Positions 39,669 through 51,303 of a stretch of DNA of 64,000 nt are shown one piece after another. The position numbers were made by a program, and so were the translations under genes. The notes under the pieces were generated by a model. That model saw only the letters and a list, made by a program, of their open reading frames with translations. It was not told where the DNA came from and ran no database searches. The DNA is from Thalia democratica (lineage: Eukaryota), in the NCBI GenBank assembly GCA_965202585.1, contig OZ241826.1, positions 44,702,001 through 44,766,000 of the forward strand, in the 5' to 3' direction. How positions within the stretch are numbered: position 1 is the first letter of the stretch; each line of letters starts with the position of its first letter.

Positions 39669-42600
39669 CTTACAACACATTTCATCATGTTTGTTTTACT
39701 TTTTTCATTTTATTTCTTTAACTACAAAATAAGAAGGTCACAACTCTAAGCGCTATTTTTTAAATTAATGTAGTTTTACAACATTAAGCTATTTAGCTTT
39801 TACATTGTAGCATAATGTGATGATTATATAATTTGAAACTTTTAAATTATTTTAAAATAAAGTAGCTTATAGTTTTACCCTAGATATTAGCTTAAAGCCT
39901 TTAATACTGTTTATTATATAAGTTGAATGATATATAACCTTTAAATAAATCTTGGTATAATGACATTAAAAAAACACAAAGAAAAGAGTAAATGCAACTG
40001 TAATCTACTACTTGTTTTCCAACAAGCTCTGTTTCAGTTTACTTAAAGACTAAATTTAAGCGTTTTGTTTACTTAAACATACCATTGAAATAGTTTAAAA
40101 CTCATAAAGCTACTAAAACTTAAAAGTAAACAAACAAAAGTATCGCGGTATGTATAAATGTATCAAAGACGAGTTGTCAAATAAATTTATTGAACAAAGT
40201 GTAAACTTTTTAAGATTTATCATTTTGTGCATCAAATTTAAAAATTTTTCAAAGTAATTTTTATAAATGGACTATACTTTTCATTTTTAGTTGAATTAAA
40301 AATAAAAGGTGCACTTTATGAAAAAAATATTTTCATTTTATAATGAAACAGCCAGATTTTTTGTAGAAAGTAAAATAAAACTACCTCATTTGTTGATGTT
40401 CTTAGAAAATTGTCTTAAAATCAGTTCTACGAAAGGTTTTGCAAACTTTTTACTTTAGCTAAACACAATTATTAGAAAAAAACTCTTCTTAACTGACTAA
40501 ATTAACGATAAGCTTTTTAGAAAAAAAATTTAATACAGTAGTATAACTTGATACTACTTTATAAAAACAACTGCTAATTACAGAAATTTAAATTAATAAT
40601 TTACCTATAAGCAAATAGCTTTGCGCCGATTTATTTGTTTTTTTCTTCCATGCCTAAATAATATTTGATTAGTAGTTTGCAGTTGAAACAGGTAAAAATC
40701 TTGAATATTGCAAATATAATATTATTTGAAAATAATTCTATCACTTATGGTAAATTAGTCGTATAATTTATTTTTTTAAATAGAAAATTAAGGTATTTAA
40801 ATTATAATTTATTAAGCATCAAAAACAAGTTTAACAAATAGTTTTTTGATGTCTTCAAAAAAATCAAAATTACTGTTTAGAAAAAATAGTAAACTTAAAG
40901 TAAGTATTTTTAATGAAACAAAATAAGTATGTATTTTTAAAATAGTGAATATTTTATATTTTACAACTCTGGTCATAGTAAAGCTGCTTTAAAACTGATT
41001 TAGTAAAATATCATTTGTATGTATTTCTTATGCAATTTTAAAGTAAGCTTTTATAAATAAATTATTAAACAAAAATTGTTAATACTAAAACGTTTAGTCT
41101 TATAAATATTGCTCTTACCTAGTTTCTTTTTTTTTTAATGTTGAGAATTTTTTTTTTTAATTCTCAGACACATTGTACTTTTTTTTTAATTTTAATTTTC
41201 TTGATACTTAAAACTCATAACTCCGAAACTTCAGTTCAGTGCGACTTTGGTTAACTGTAAAAAAGAACTTAAAACAAAACTTTCAAAAAATTTTGATAAA
41301 CAAACTCCTTTTAAAATCATTTTAAAAAACAATGCATACTTGTATTATTTCTTTTTATAATAAAAGCTTTTTACTAAAAAGTAATTAGCAAATTATTTCT
41401 TTTATACTTCTGTATAAAGATGTACTTAAAAAATTCCAATGCTTATTTTCTTTTTTTAGATCTACCACGGGCTTTAAAAACATTTAATAGCTTTCCCGAG
41501 TCCCGACTCGTACTCTACCTTTTTATTTTTTTTTTATTTAAAGCATTCACAACTGAAAAGGCCTTCAAAAGCACTCAATCTTGTAACAAGCTAATAAACC
41601 TACTTTTTGATAGTGAAAACATGAAACATAGTTAAGAATTTTTTATTCTACATCTATAACATATAGTAAAATATCAAACACTTTTAAATTCTTTAAAGTT
41701 AGTAATTAATAGACGTTTTTAAAAACAACTAGTTGAATCTATTTACTGGACTTCTAAATTTTTCTTAGTTTTAGTAATAAAATTTGTACTATTTATACTA
41801 AAAAACATATATATTGTTTCTAGGAAACATGAAACATACAGATAGGAACATTGTGTAATAATAAAAATTTTAACTCATAAGTTTGTGTATTAAGATTTTA
41901 AAGTAAATGCTTAAGATAAAGAAATTCAAGCAAAGAGATAAAACTGAAATAAACGAAGATCAAAACTAAACAGACTTATTTTTAAAAAAGTTTACCTCAT
42001 CACTAGATATTTTAGTATATTTAAACCTATTATTTTTTAAAATTACCACCAGATTATTTTGTTTAGCATCTAACCTAATAACTAAGTTAATAAATTGATT
42101 ACTTAAACAATAAATAGTAGTAATTTGTTGCGTAGTACATTTCAACTGTGAACAATACTAGCAAAATCTTGTTGATGTCGACTCTAATCTAATACTTTAT
42201 GAATGTTTTGTTTATTTTTTTGTTATCGTTGCCCAATTTTAACTTTTACTTAAGTAGTTTATGCAATGTAAAAACAATTAGTTTTCCGGCTACAATGAGT
42301 GTCAAAACCATGACTAATGCTAATTTAAAAAAGGTTTAAACCTTAAACTAAAAAGAAACTTGTCAAACTGCTTGAGACTGGCAGAGATGCCAGATTCTGA
42401 ACAAGTGTTTTTTGTTTTAACTTAAAATGTTATGCTCGAGTTCTGTAACAATTCTTATATAGAAATTTGACAGCTACTAATGTTAAATTGTAAGAAAAGA
42501 TCTTTTTTTAATATCACAAGTTAAATTTATATATTTTAATTTTAGTTCTACGAAGTTAATTTTTACTGTAGTCTAACGAAAATTTTTTGTCCAAGTTTTA

Positions 42601-43160
42601 AAAAAAAAACTTACTTGAATCGAACATTATCAAAAAAAATTTACCCGTTTTTGACTTTTAGAAGAAAGTTGCTTTGAAAATAACTATTTTTTGAACACTG
42701 AAGAAATGCACTAAACAAATTTCTGCTGCCTCTAAATATTAGTTGATATAAACAGCTAGTAGTATAGTCCCAACAAGGGAAAACTTATAACCTATTGTTG
42801 TATTGTTGGTATTTATACTTAATAAACTTCAATTTTATTTTAATAATGATTTAGTAATTCTTAAAAAAAGAAAAAATCTTCATGTTTATTTTCTGTCTCT
42901 CAAACTTGAAAAAAGTAATGCAATAAGACAAATAAAACATCAGATTTCTAATATTCCTTGTAAAATTTTACACTCTTTACATCAAGTTTAATAAAAGATA
43001 AAAATTAAAAAATTGCAATTCAACCTTGAGTATTTTTTTCTTAAAATTGTGTTTGTTGTAAATGATCTAAAAAAATAAGTACCTATTTTTTTACTAAGCT
43101 TTCTAATTTATATTTTCACTGAGATTTAGTATTTCATATTATTTCAATTAGCTGTTTAAA

Positions 43161-43295
43161 TTTTTCAACTTTACCCACAAACTGTCGCTTCAGTACTTTG
43201 TAATCCCTGCTTGGTTAGATCTCAACAGCAGTTTCAAGCAACTATGCCTGCTTGATGAGTCCTAATAAGGAAAAACTGGTAGTAGGTTGTCTTGG
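43161..43295 (+). repeat. Dispersed repeat carrying a decayed hammerhead-like core (second copy 47546-47640)
   Basis: Both copies read TTTTTCAACTT(T/A)ACCCACAAAC..GCTTCAGTACTT..ATCTCAACAGC.GTTTC..GCCTGC(T/C)TGATGAGT(C/T)CTAAT. Copy 1 continues AAGGAAAAAC. Confidence 0.55.
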
Positions 43296-43856
43296 ATGTT
43301 GTTGTTAATCTTGAAGTAAAGTTCATTAATTATATTATTTCACTATTAAAGTACCATTTTTTTCCTATGTCAAAAATGTAATAGTTTTATTTAACTTTTT
43401 TTAATAAATAAAGTCCTTGATATTACTGTGGTGTTGTACATATTACTAAATACTAGCTCTTTAATTTTAAAGTAAGTTATTGTATTTACTTGGCTGAAAT
43501 GACATTATTGTTAGAGTTATATAAGGCCTAAAAACCAACTTAATTTTTATAATTAATTCACAGCAGTATGTAACCTACATAAACCATAATACTAAAAAAA
43601 TAAAAAATAGTTTGAAAATTGCATTGTTGAAATGACACTGTTGTATACAGTTGAAGAGTCACCTAAAATTACATTGAGTAGTATAAGTACATAAGCAGGG
43701 CGAAGCTTATGTACTTATTTTCAAAATAAAACTGAAAACTATTTAAAATAAAGCTGAAAAATTCCTGTATATTGAATTACACCTCAAATTAGTTTTAAAT
43801 TATAAATAAGTCTGTATGGATCAGCTACAATAATTATCAAAACTATGATTAATTAA

Positions 43857-44542
43857 GGGCATAGGGGGGGGGGGGGGTAAACACCCTTTTTTGGTTTTTG
43901 ATCTTATTTAATATAGTTTTTACTAGGCTACAAGATGCTTTTTACAGATTTTAAAAATTCAAAATAATTTTTGAGATATAGCCGGTCAAAGTCAGAGCCA
44001 ACAATAGGTTCCTTATGGGAGGCGCAAACTAAAACGGCAAAAATAGACTATTTTACTAAAAATCTATCTTCTCCTACATTTTTTGAGATAACTACCTCAA
44101 ACTTTCAGGAAATGTTCCTTGATATATTTAGAAAATTCTGTCAGAAGGAATTTTGAAAAAAATAATAAATAAAAATTTTATATAAAAAATAAACAAAAAA
44201 ACAGTTTTTTTTTTTGTTTTTTTGTTATAAAATTTTTATTTTTTGATTTTTAAAAATTATGTTCCGACAGAATTTTCTAAATACTGCAAGGAACATTTCC
44301 TAAAAATTTGAGGTAGTTATCTCAAAAAACGTAGGAGGAGATAGATTTTTAATGATTTCTAGTTATTTGCCGTTTTAGTTTGTGCCTCCCATAAGGATCC
44401 TATTGTTGCCTCAGACTTTGACCGGCTATATCTCAAAAATTCTTTTGAATATTTTAAATCTGTAAAAAGCATCTTGTAGCTTAGTAAAAACTATATAAAA
44501 TAAGAACAAAAACCAAAAAAGGGTGTTTACCCCCCTATGCCC
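43857..44542. mobile_element. Foldback MITE, Kolobok-like (TTAA TSD, GG termini)
   Basis: TTAA|GGGCATAGGGGG ... CCCCCTATGCCC|TTAA. Arms of about 300 bp are near-perfect inverted copies. Confidence 0.85.
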
Positions 44543-44591
44543 TTAATACTCAAAAAATGCAATAATAAAGTCTTAAGTAGATGTACAATAA

Positions 44592-45228
44592 TGTCCATCT
44601 GTTGCCCGACCTTAGAATTTTGTTTAGTAAAATATTTTGACATTTGGAAATCACATAAATAGATAGTGTAAAAATAAATCACCTTCCTAGCCTTAAGCCT
44701 GCAGGAGCAAATAACCTTTGAAAATTCTGCTTTATATCGGTTTATTTAAAAAGGGAAAAAAAAACTATTTTACTAAAAAAATAATTTCTACTACGTTTTT
44801 TGAGATAATTATATGAAACAATTAGGAAATGTTCCTTTCCTTATTTAGAAAATTCTGAATTAAAAAAAAATATCAAAAAAATTAAAAGTAAAACTAATTT
44901 TTTCTCTTAATTTTTGAATAAAATTTTATTTTTGTTAAACTTTGTTTCTACAGAATTTTCTAAATATGTCAAGGAACATTTCCTAACTGTTTCAGGTAAT
45001 TATCTCAAAAAACGTAGTAGAAAATAAATTTTTAGAGAAATAGTCTTTATTCCCCTTTTTAACTATACAGATATAAAGCAATATTTTCAAAAGTAATTTG
45101 CTCCAGCAGGCTTAAAGCTAGGAAGCTAGTTTTTTTTGTGCTGTCTGTTTAATTAATTTCCAAACATCAAAAATTTTACAAAGCAAAATAACAAAATTTT
45201 CAATTTTTGAGGGGCAATAGATGCACCC
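44592..45228. mobile_element. Second foldback MITE related to the Kolobok-like family
   Basis: Inverted arms (GTCCATCTGTTGCCC / GGGCAATAGATGCAC; GCCTGCAGGAGCAAAT / ATTTGCTCCAGCAGGC) and a shared core (GAAAATTCTG, AAGGAACATTTCC) with 43857-44542. Confidence 0.7.
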
Positions 45229-45899
45229 TAATGTTCAACAAAACTGTACATCAGTATCTCTTAAACCAAGGGACAAATACAAAGGTAATCTTGAAATGAA
45301 GCTGAAATTTGATATAAGTGGTTTTCAAGCACTTAACATCTATAAAACTTTTTTCAGTTGGAGACTCTCTAGTGGACTTAGTTAAAAAAAGTTTTTCATC
45401 TTGATTTTATGTCTTAAACATCAATAAGCTCAAGCTTGAAAAATTTCCATTCAAAATGTTAACTATTGTCAAAATATTTTTTTTATAATAAGCATAACAG
45501 CCCTTTTTATTTTATATTTTTGTTCATATAGTTTTTATTAATTTTACAGTTTTCCCTCTATGCCCTTATTAACTAAGCTAATGGTTGCTTTTACCCTATA
45601 TATAACAAAAGTTGGTTGATTAATGTTCAAGAATTCAAAAGGTTTTCTTATACTTTATAGAGGGCTCAAGTTAAAAAGACAAAAAAGACTATTTCATTAC
45701 AAATCTATCTTTTAAGAGTTTTTGGTTAACTGTTTCTAAACATTTTAAGTCTAATCTTACAAACATAATTAATAATTTCTCAGAAAAAAAAAGAATGAAA
45801 TAAAGCTTTTTTTAGTGTCTAGAAATCCTTTCAAAAACTATTTTATTGTTAAATTTTTAAAATTGATATGTAAAAATTTGAAGTAAATTGTTCTATTTA

Positions 45900-46274
45900 C
45901 AGGGTTGCCAAAAAACTTATAAAAACCTGGGTTTTGACAATTTAGGCAAAAAAACCTGGAGTTTAAGATATTCTGAAAAAATAACTGAGAAAAACCTTAA
46001 ATTTTAAACTGTTTTTACATATAAAAAGATAGAATTTGGATTATACACAAAAAATCTAACATATAGATAAAAGTTTTTGTATCACAATATTTTTTTTTAA
46101 AGAAATTCAAAGTAGCTTTCGATATTTTATCAGTGTTGTTATACTATTTAAGACAGTTTTTCTACCTTTAGCTTAACTTTATACCAAAGATTAAATCAAA
46201 AACTAGTATTTAAAAAATCTGTAAGAAATTCAGTAAGCCTGGAAGAAATTTACAAAAAACATTTGGCAATCCTG
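45900..46274. mobile_element. CAGGGTTGCCA-ended MITE, copy 1
   Basis: CAGGGTTGCCAAA ... TTTGGCAATCCTG; internal AAAAACCTGG repeats; flanks TATTTA / TATTTG. Confidence 0.8.
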
Positions 46275-47998
46275 TATTTGTTCAATTTTTAAAATATGCA
46301 CAATTTATATCAGAAATGTTTTACTAAGCTAAATATAACTTGATGAAATTTGTTTTTTTTTTGTTCAAAAAAATTATCTTATAGTTATAGAATAAGCATC
46401 CAAATTAGAGCTGATTTTAATATTAAAAAAAAGTCTCTTATTGTTAATTTAATTTAGATAACTAGATGGTGTCAACTGACATTTAAAAATTTATTTATTT
46501 GGAGGTTATGAATTTTATCTAAAGCTCAAAACACTGGTAACCACCAATTAGAAAAATGAAATAGTTATACATATTCGTAATTTTTTCTCAAATGGGGACA
46601 ATATTGCTTGCTCTGTTATAAGAACAATAATGAAATTATTATTCCAATTAAATTGCAATTAACTACCGAAATAGAAATAAGCAGTTAAATGAAATGGTTT
46701 TATATACCTTTTAGATAAAAATAAACCTTTTCTTAAGTACTCTACTTCTTTAAGCAATTTTTTAGTTTGTATAATACACCTAAATTTTAATCATACGTTA
46801 GAACAAACATAAACTGGGTCTTTAAATTTTAATAGAAATATTATTACTTAGACCTTCTTTATTCTATTTAATATTACTATTTTTACCTTTAGTAATGTTT
46901 TTAATAGTTTTAACTGAAATTTTTTAATGTTGATAAGTGAATTGTTTTTTAATACTTGTAATACTTTACTTAAAAAATTATATATGTGTATACAAATATT
47001 TATTTATATTCCAGTGAACTTGTTTTGCTAGAATCTTTTGTTAGCAAACGATTAAATCTATAGTTTGAACAGTTATATGTGTATATATTAATCATTGTTT
47101 AGATGCTCAAATAATAACTATTGAAATTTATGCATTTTAATTAAAAGTTTTAGTTAAGGCTTTAAGGGAAGTCTTTATTGTTTTTTAAAAGTCGATCTTG
47201 TTTAATGGAGTTTTTTATGTTAGTTATCACATACTTTTTACCAGTTATCAAGTTTTAATTCATTTTTGAGATATAAGGGATTAAAGTTGGTGTGTTTATT
47301 AGGTTGCTAACACAAAAGGTATTATCTAAAAAGAAAAAAAAATATATTTAGTAATATACTAAACGTTAAACTAGCTTAGTTTCAAAATTTACAGTGAGTC
47401 TATTGCTAAAACTTAAATCATTCACTAGAGGGTATGTATTGGAAAAACAAATTATTGTTAAAAGGTTACCTTTTTTAAGTTTGAACTCTCTTGCTCAAAA
47501 ACCAAAAAGTAATTTAGTTTTTAACTATTATTTATAAATATATGATTTTTTCAACTTAACCCACAAACGTTTGCTTCAGTACTTAAGCCCACTTTGTAAT
47601 ATCTCAACAGCGGTTTCTTGCCTGCCTGATGAGTTCTAATTTCATTGTATATAAAAAGTTTAAAATATACTTCAACACTATAACGTTGAATTTATACTTA
47701 GCTGTATATAGGAAATGAATTATTTTTCAAGTAAAAAGATTATAATATATAAAAATTCTCTCACATTTGTTGTTTTTGGGACAAATTAACAATTCAAATT
47801 TTTAAACAAAATTGCTTTCTACAACTTGCATATAACAAAAAAACAAAAAAAAATTCAAAGTATTTGGTCCTCGGATCTGGTGTACAAAAAAACCTTTTGG
47901 TTATCGAGTTGTACATTACTCAGATAGATACAGTTTAACGTTTTGTCCTTAACAGACTATACAAGATGATGAACCAGAAAAAAAAAAATTAATATCAA

Positions 47999-48344
47999 CA
48001 TGGTTTCCAAAAATTCTGGAATCCTGAAAAAACCTGGAATTTGACAATTAAAAAAAACCTGGAATTTTGATCAAAAATCTCTAAAAAACCGGGAGTTATA
48101 AACTATTGTTACATGTAAAGTTGCTAAATTTCAATTAGATACAAAAATCTATCATAAACATATAAAAAATTTGTATCATTTAAAAAAATTTTCAATAAAA
48201 AAATTTAAAGTAGCTTTACAGTATTATTTCAACGTTTTTTTTAAGACAGTTTTTACCTAAAGTTTAAAATGATACTAAAAATTTACCAAAAACTATTGTT
48301 TTATATACCTAAAATAAATTGAAAGAAAACTTTTGGCAACCCTG
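47999..48344. mobile_element. CAGGGTTGCCA-ended MITE, copy 2 (left end decayed)
   Basis: Right end TTTTGGCAACCCTG; internal AAAACCTGGAATTT repeats; body similar to the other copies. Confidence 0.7.
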
Positions 48345-48829
48345 TACCAAGTAAAAATTATTTTTACCAACATGTAATTTCATACTAAGTGAGACATAAA
48401 TTTTTCTTTACAACATTGTTCATTGTGCTTTAATTTTGTTCTACTGTCTTGTGTTCAAAAATTTATCTAAAAATGGCCTGCATAAGTATTTAAATAAACG
48501 TTTGGTACAAGATTGGCATAAACATAGTTCCAACTCTAGAATACATACATAACTTATTTTTTTGAATATTATGTAATGTGTGTTGAATTATAAACTTAGC
48601 ACACTTAGCAATAAATGGAAGTGATGTTTTTTATATTTTTAGATACTACATATCTGCAGGCTTGAAAAAAAAATTCAGCTTTTATACATTAGCTTTAAAC
48701 ATAGTTGCCACACACTCAAGATGTTTTGAAATTTTAGAAAATCTCAAGTCAACTCTGGATGTTTTGATTTTTAAAAAACTAAGTTGGCTAACCTTCAAGT
48801 TGCTTTTTACTGTTTTAAAATACTAAAAT

Positions 48830-49373
48830 TAGTTTCTGATATATGACCGATCAAAGTTGGGCAACATAATAGGTTCCCTATAGGAAGGGAAAACTAAAAA
48901 AGCAAAAAAGGACTATTTTATTTAAAATCTATCTCCTAAATTTTTCAAGCAATCTTCTTCAAATTTTCACAGTCTAATCTTTACACAATAACAAAAAAAC
49001 ATTATTTTATACTTGAAAAATTTTAAGTAAAATTATTAGAAAAAAAAAATTTAATTATTAAAATCTATAAGTAAACTTTTTTTCTTATAATGTAAGAAAA
49101 ATTTCCTGAAAATTTGAAGAAGATTTCTTGAGAAAGGAAGTAGGAGATAGATTTTTAGTGATTTTTAATTTTCCGAGAAAATTGACTTCAAAACATTTGC
49201 GGCCCATACGTTTGTATTGGAAACTTATTACAATAATAAAAATATCTCAAAAGTCGAATGATAATTTTGAATTCTATATAAAACTGGCTTGTAGTTAGTA
49301 CTTAAATCTTTCATATAAATAGCAAAATTATTTTTTGTAAAAAAAATTGTTGGACCTCCTCCCCCCTATGGCC
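48830..49373. mobile_element. Degraded Kolobok-like MITE copy
   Basis: 48830-48970 resembles 43975-44105. The right end is CCCCCTATGGCC|TTAA. Similar isolated ends occur at about 45556, 50031-50052 and 50318-50333. Confidence 0.6.
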
Positions 49374-51245
49374 TTAATTTCAAACAAGTGTTCGTTTATA
49401 ACCAATTTTGTTAAATAACTTGATTTTATTAATTTTGAAAATTAAAAAAAAAAGTTTTTAAGGATTTAAAAAACTCTGGATGACTTAGGACAGTTTTTTG
49501 ACTAAAAGTTTGGCAAACATATTTGAAAGCATGAACTTGATGTCAATTTTTATAGAAATTATAAAAGTCAATTAATTTTTGAGGTATAGTAATTTTTGTA
49601 AAACATTTCTAATACAAACTTAGGGACCATATCTTTTAAAAAATTCAAAAAATCCTATATACTTTTTGAGCTAGAGACATAACATTTTTAGAAAAAGTTT
49701 GTTAAACAAGTTGAATTTGTTCAATTGATTATTTAATTTAAAAAATATTAAAGAGTAAAAAATTTAAATAAAAAATTGAAACAAAAAAAATATGTAATTA
49801 AAAATAATAAAAAATAAATTAAGTATTTTCCTATAACTATTTTTTATTTTTATTATATAATTATTTAAATACAGTAATAGACTTGCTAAGCAAGTTTTAA
49901 GAAGATTGCTTAACAATGAAAAATAAATGTTCTAATTGTTATCTTAAATCTACTACTTATATTTAAATCATTTCAATGTAGGATTTTTTTAGTTTTTTTT
50001 TTTTTTTTAATTTAAAATTTCAAAAAATAGTGTTTACCCCCTATGCCTTTAAACTATACAACAAATGGTTTTTGAAAGTCTTTAACTCATAGATAGATGG
50101 AAAATGTAGATGTTCAGTTATTAATCCAATTTTAAATAGAAATGAAAAAATAAGTTTTTTATCTATACATTTGAATCATTAAATTTTTACAAAAATTACT
50201 TTGTCTCAAAAGTTAATAAAATTTTTATATTCCTGTCTATAAAAACTTCCCTGTAGTTACACTTTAAGTTTTTATTCTAAACTAATGTTAAATTTTATAA
50301 AACAACTTCCATCAACCTCCCTATGCCCTTAAACATAAAACTATGCTTATAACATGGCTACAACGCATTTAAGCCACTCAGACTACTAGTTTGATATGTT
50401 ACAAAACTCAGGCCAACTCAAACTAGTTTGAAAAATTTCAGGTTGTTTGAGTAGGCGAATTTAAATTTCTTTTACAACTTAATAATCACTTTTTTCTTAA
50501 TGTATTTTAAATATTAAAGCTCTTTTGTTATCATATATATTTTCGTATGTATTTAGGCTTGAATGACTTAAAAGTTGTCTAGGTTTTAGGCTAACTTAAA
50601 TTAGTTTAATGTTACTCAAGCTCTTTTTTGCTTCAAAATGCAACTCTTTTATAATGATACATAATCAATTTATATCAAAATTTTTACTCCCCAATCATTT
50701 ATTATTTGTAGATTTCCCATTCAATTGATTTGAATTTTATTAACTAAAATACAAGTTCATCCCAATTTAATCATTTCTCATCTTAATGTACATATTAAAA
50801 ATAGATGGTTACCTAAAAGTGTTTTGTTGTTACATATGTTAAAACCTAATTTACTAATTTTAAGACTCTCCAAAAATATAGTTGTTTGTAAAATTTTTAA
50901 CTTGTATAACTGTTGGATCATTACTTAGTTATGATAATATTGTCTTCAGTTTTCTTCTTTCATATATAAATTCAGCCAGTGGTGAAATAGTTCTTATTGT
51001 TTCTTAATGAACTGTAGTTGAATAAAATCAAGGCTTTTTTCATTTTCTTTAAACAGTTGCAACTTTGTAAATGTTAAATTTTTATATTCTATTGAAGATA
51101 ATTTCTGTGTGTTTATACAACTTTAATCTGTTATAGTTTTATGATATAATTTAAATTAGTAGTAATTAAAAAAATTATCAAGATAGAGAAAAAAAAACAT
51201 AAAAAATATATGTATTTTTCAACTTAGTGTTTATAGTTTAATACC

Positions 51246-51255
51246 TTTTTTACAG
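51246..51255 (+). promoter_or_regulatory. Candidate 3' splice acceptor (5'-UTR intron or trans-splice site) 48 nt upstream of the RPB2 ATG
   Basis: TTTTTTACAG at 51246-51255 matches the acceptors used elsewhere in the window. Confidence 0.4.
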
Positions 51256-51303
51256 ATAATAAATCTTTAAGCTCTAAAGATAAAGAACAAACAATAACCT
51301 ACT

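Noticed and set aside
39389-39688. 99-aa ORF rich in PDPD repeats
   Set aside because: It is a translation of the MITE tandem repeat with no coding evidence.
40000-43100. Hidden gene in the AT-rich interval (ORFs 41420-41635 and 42803-42991)
   Set aside because: The ORFs are low-complexity with no motifs or exon-like GC contrast.
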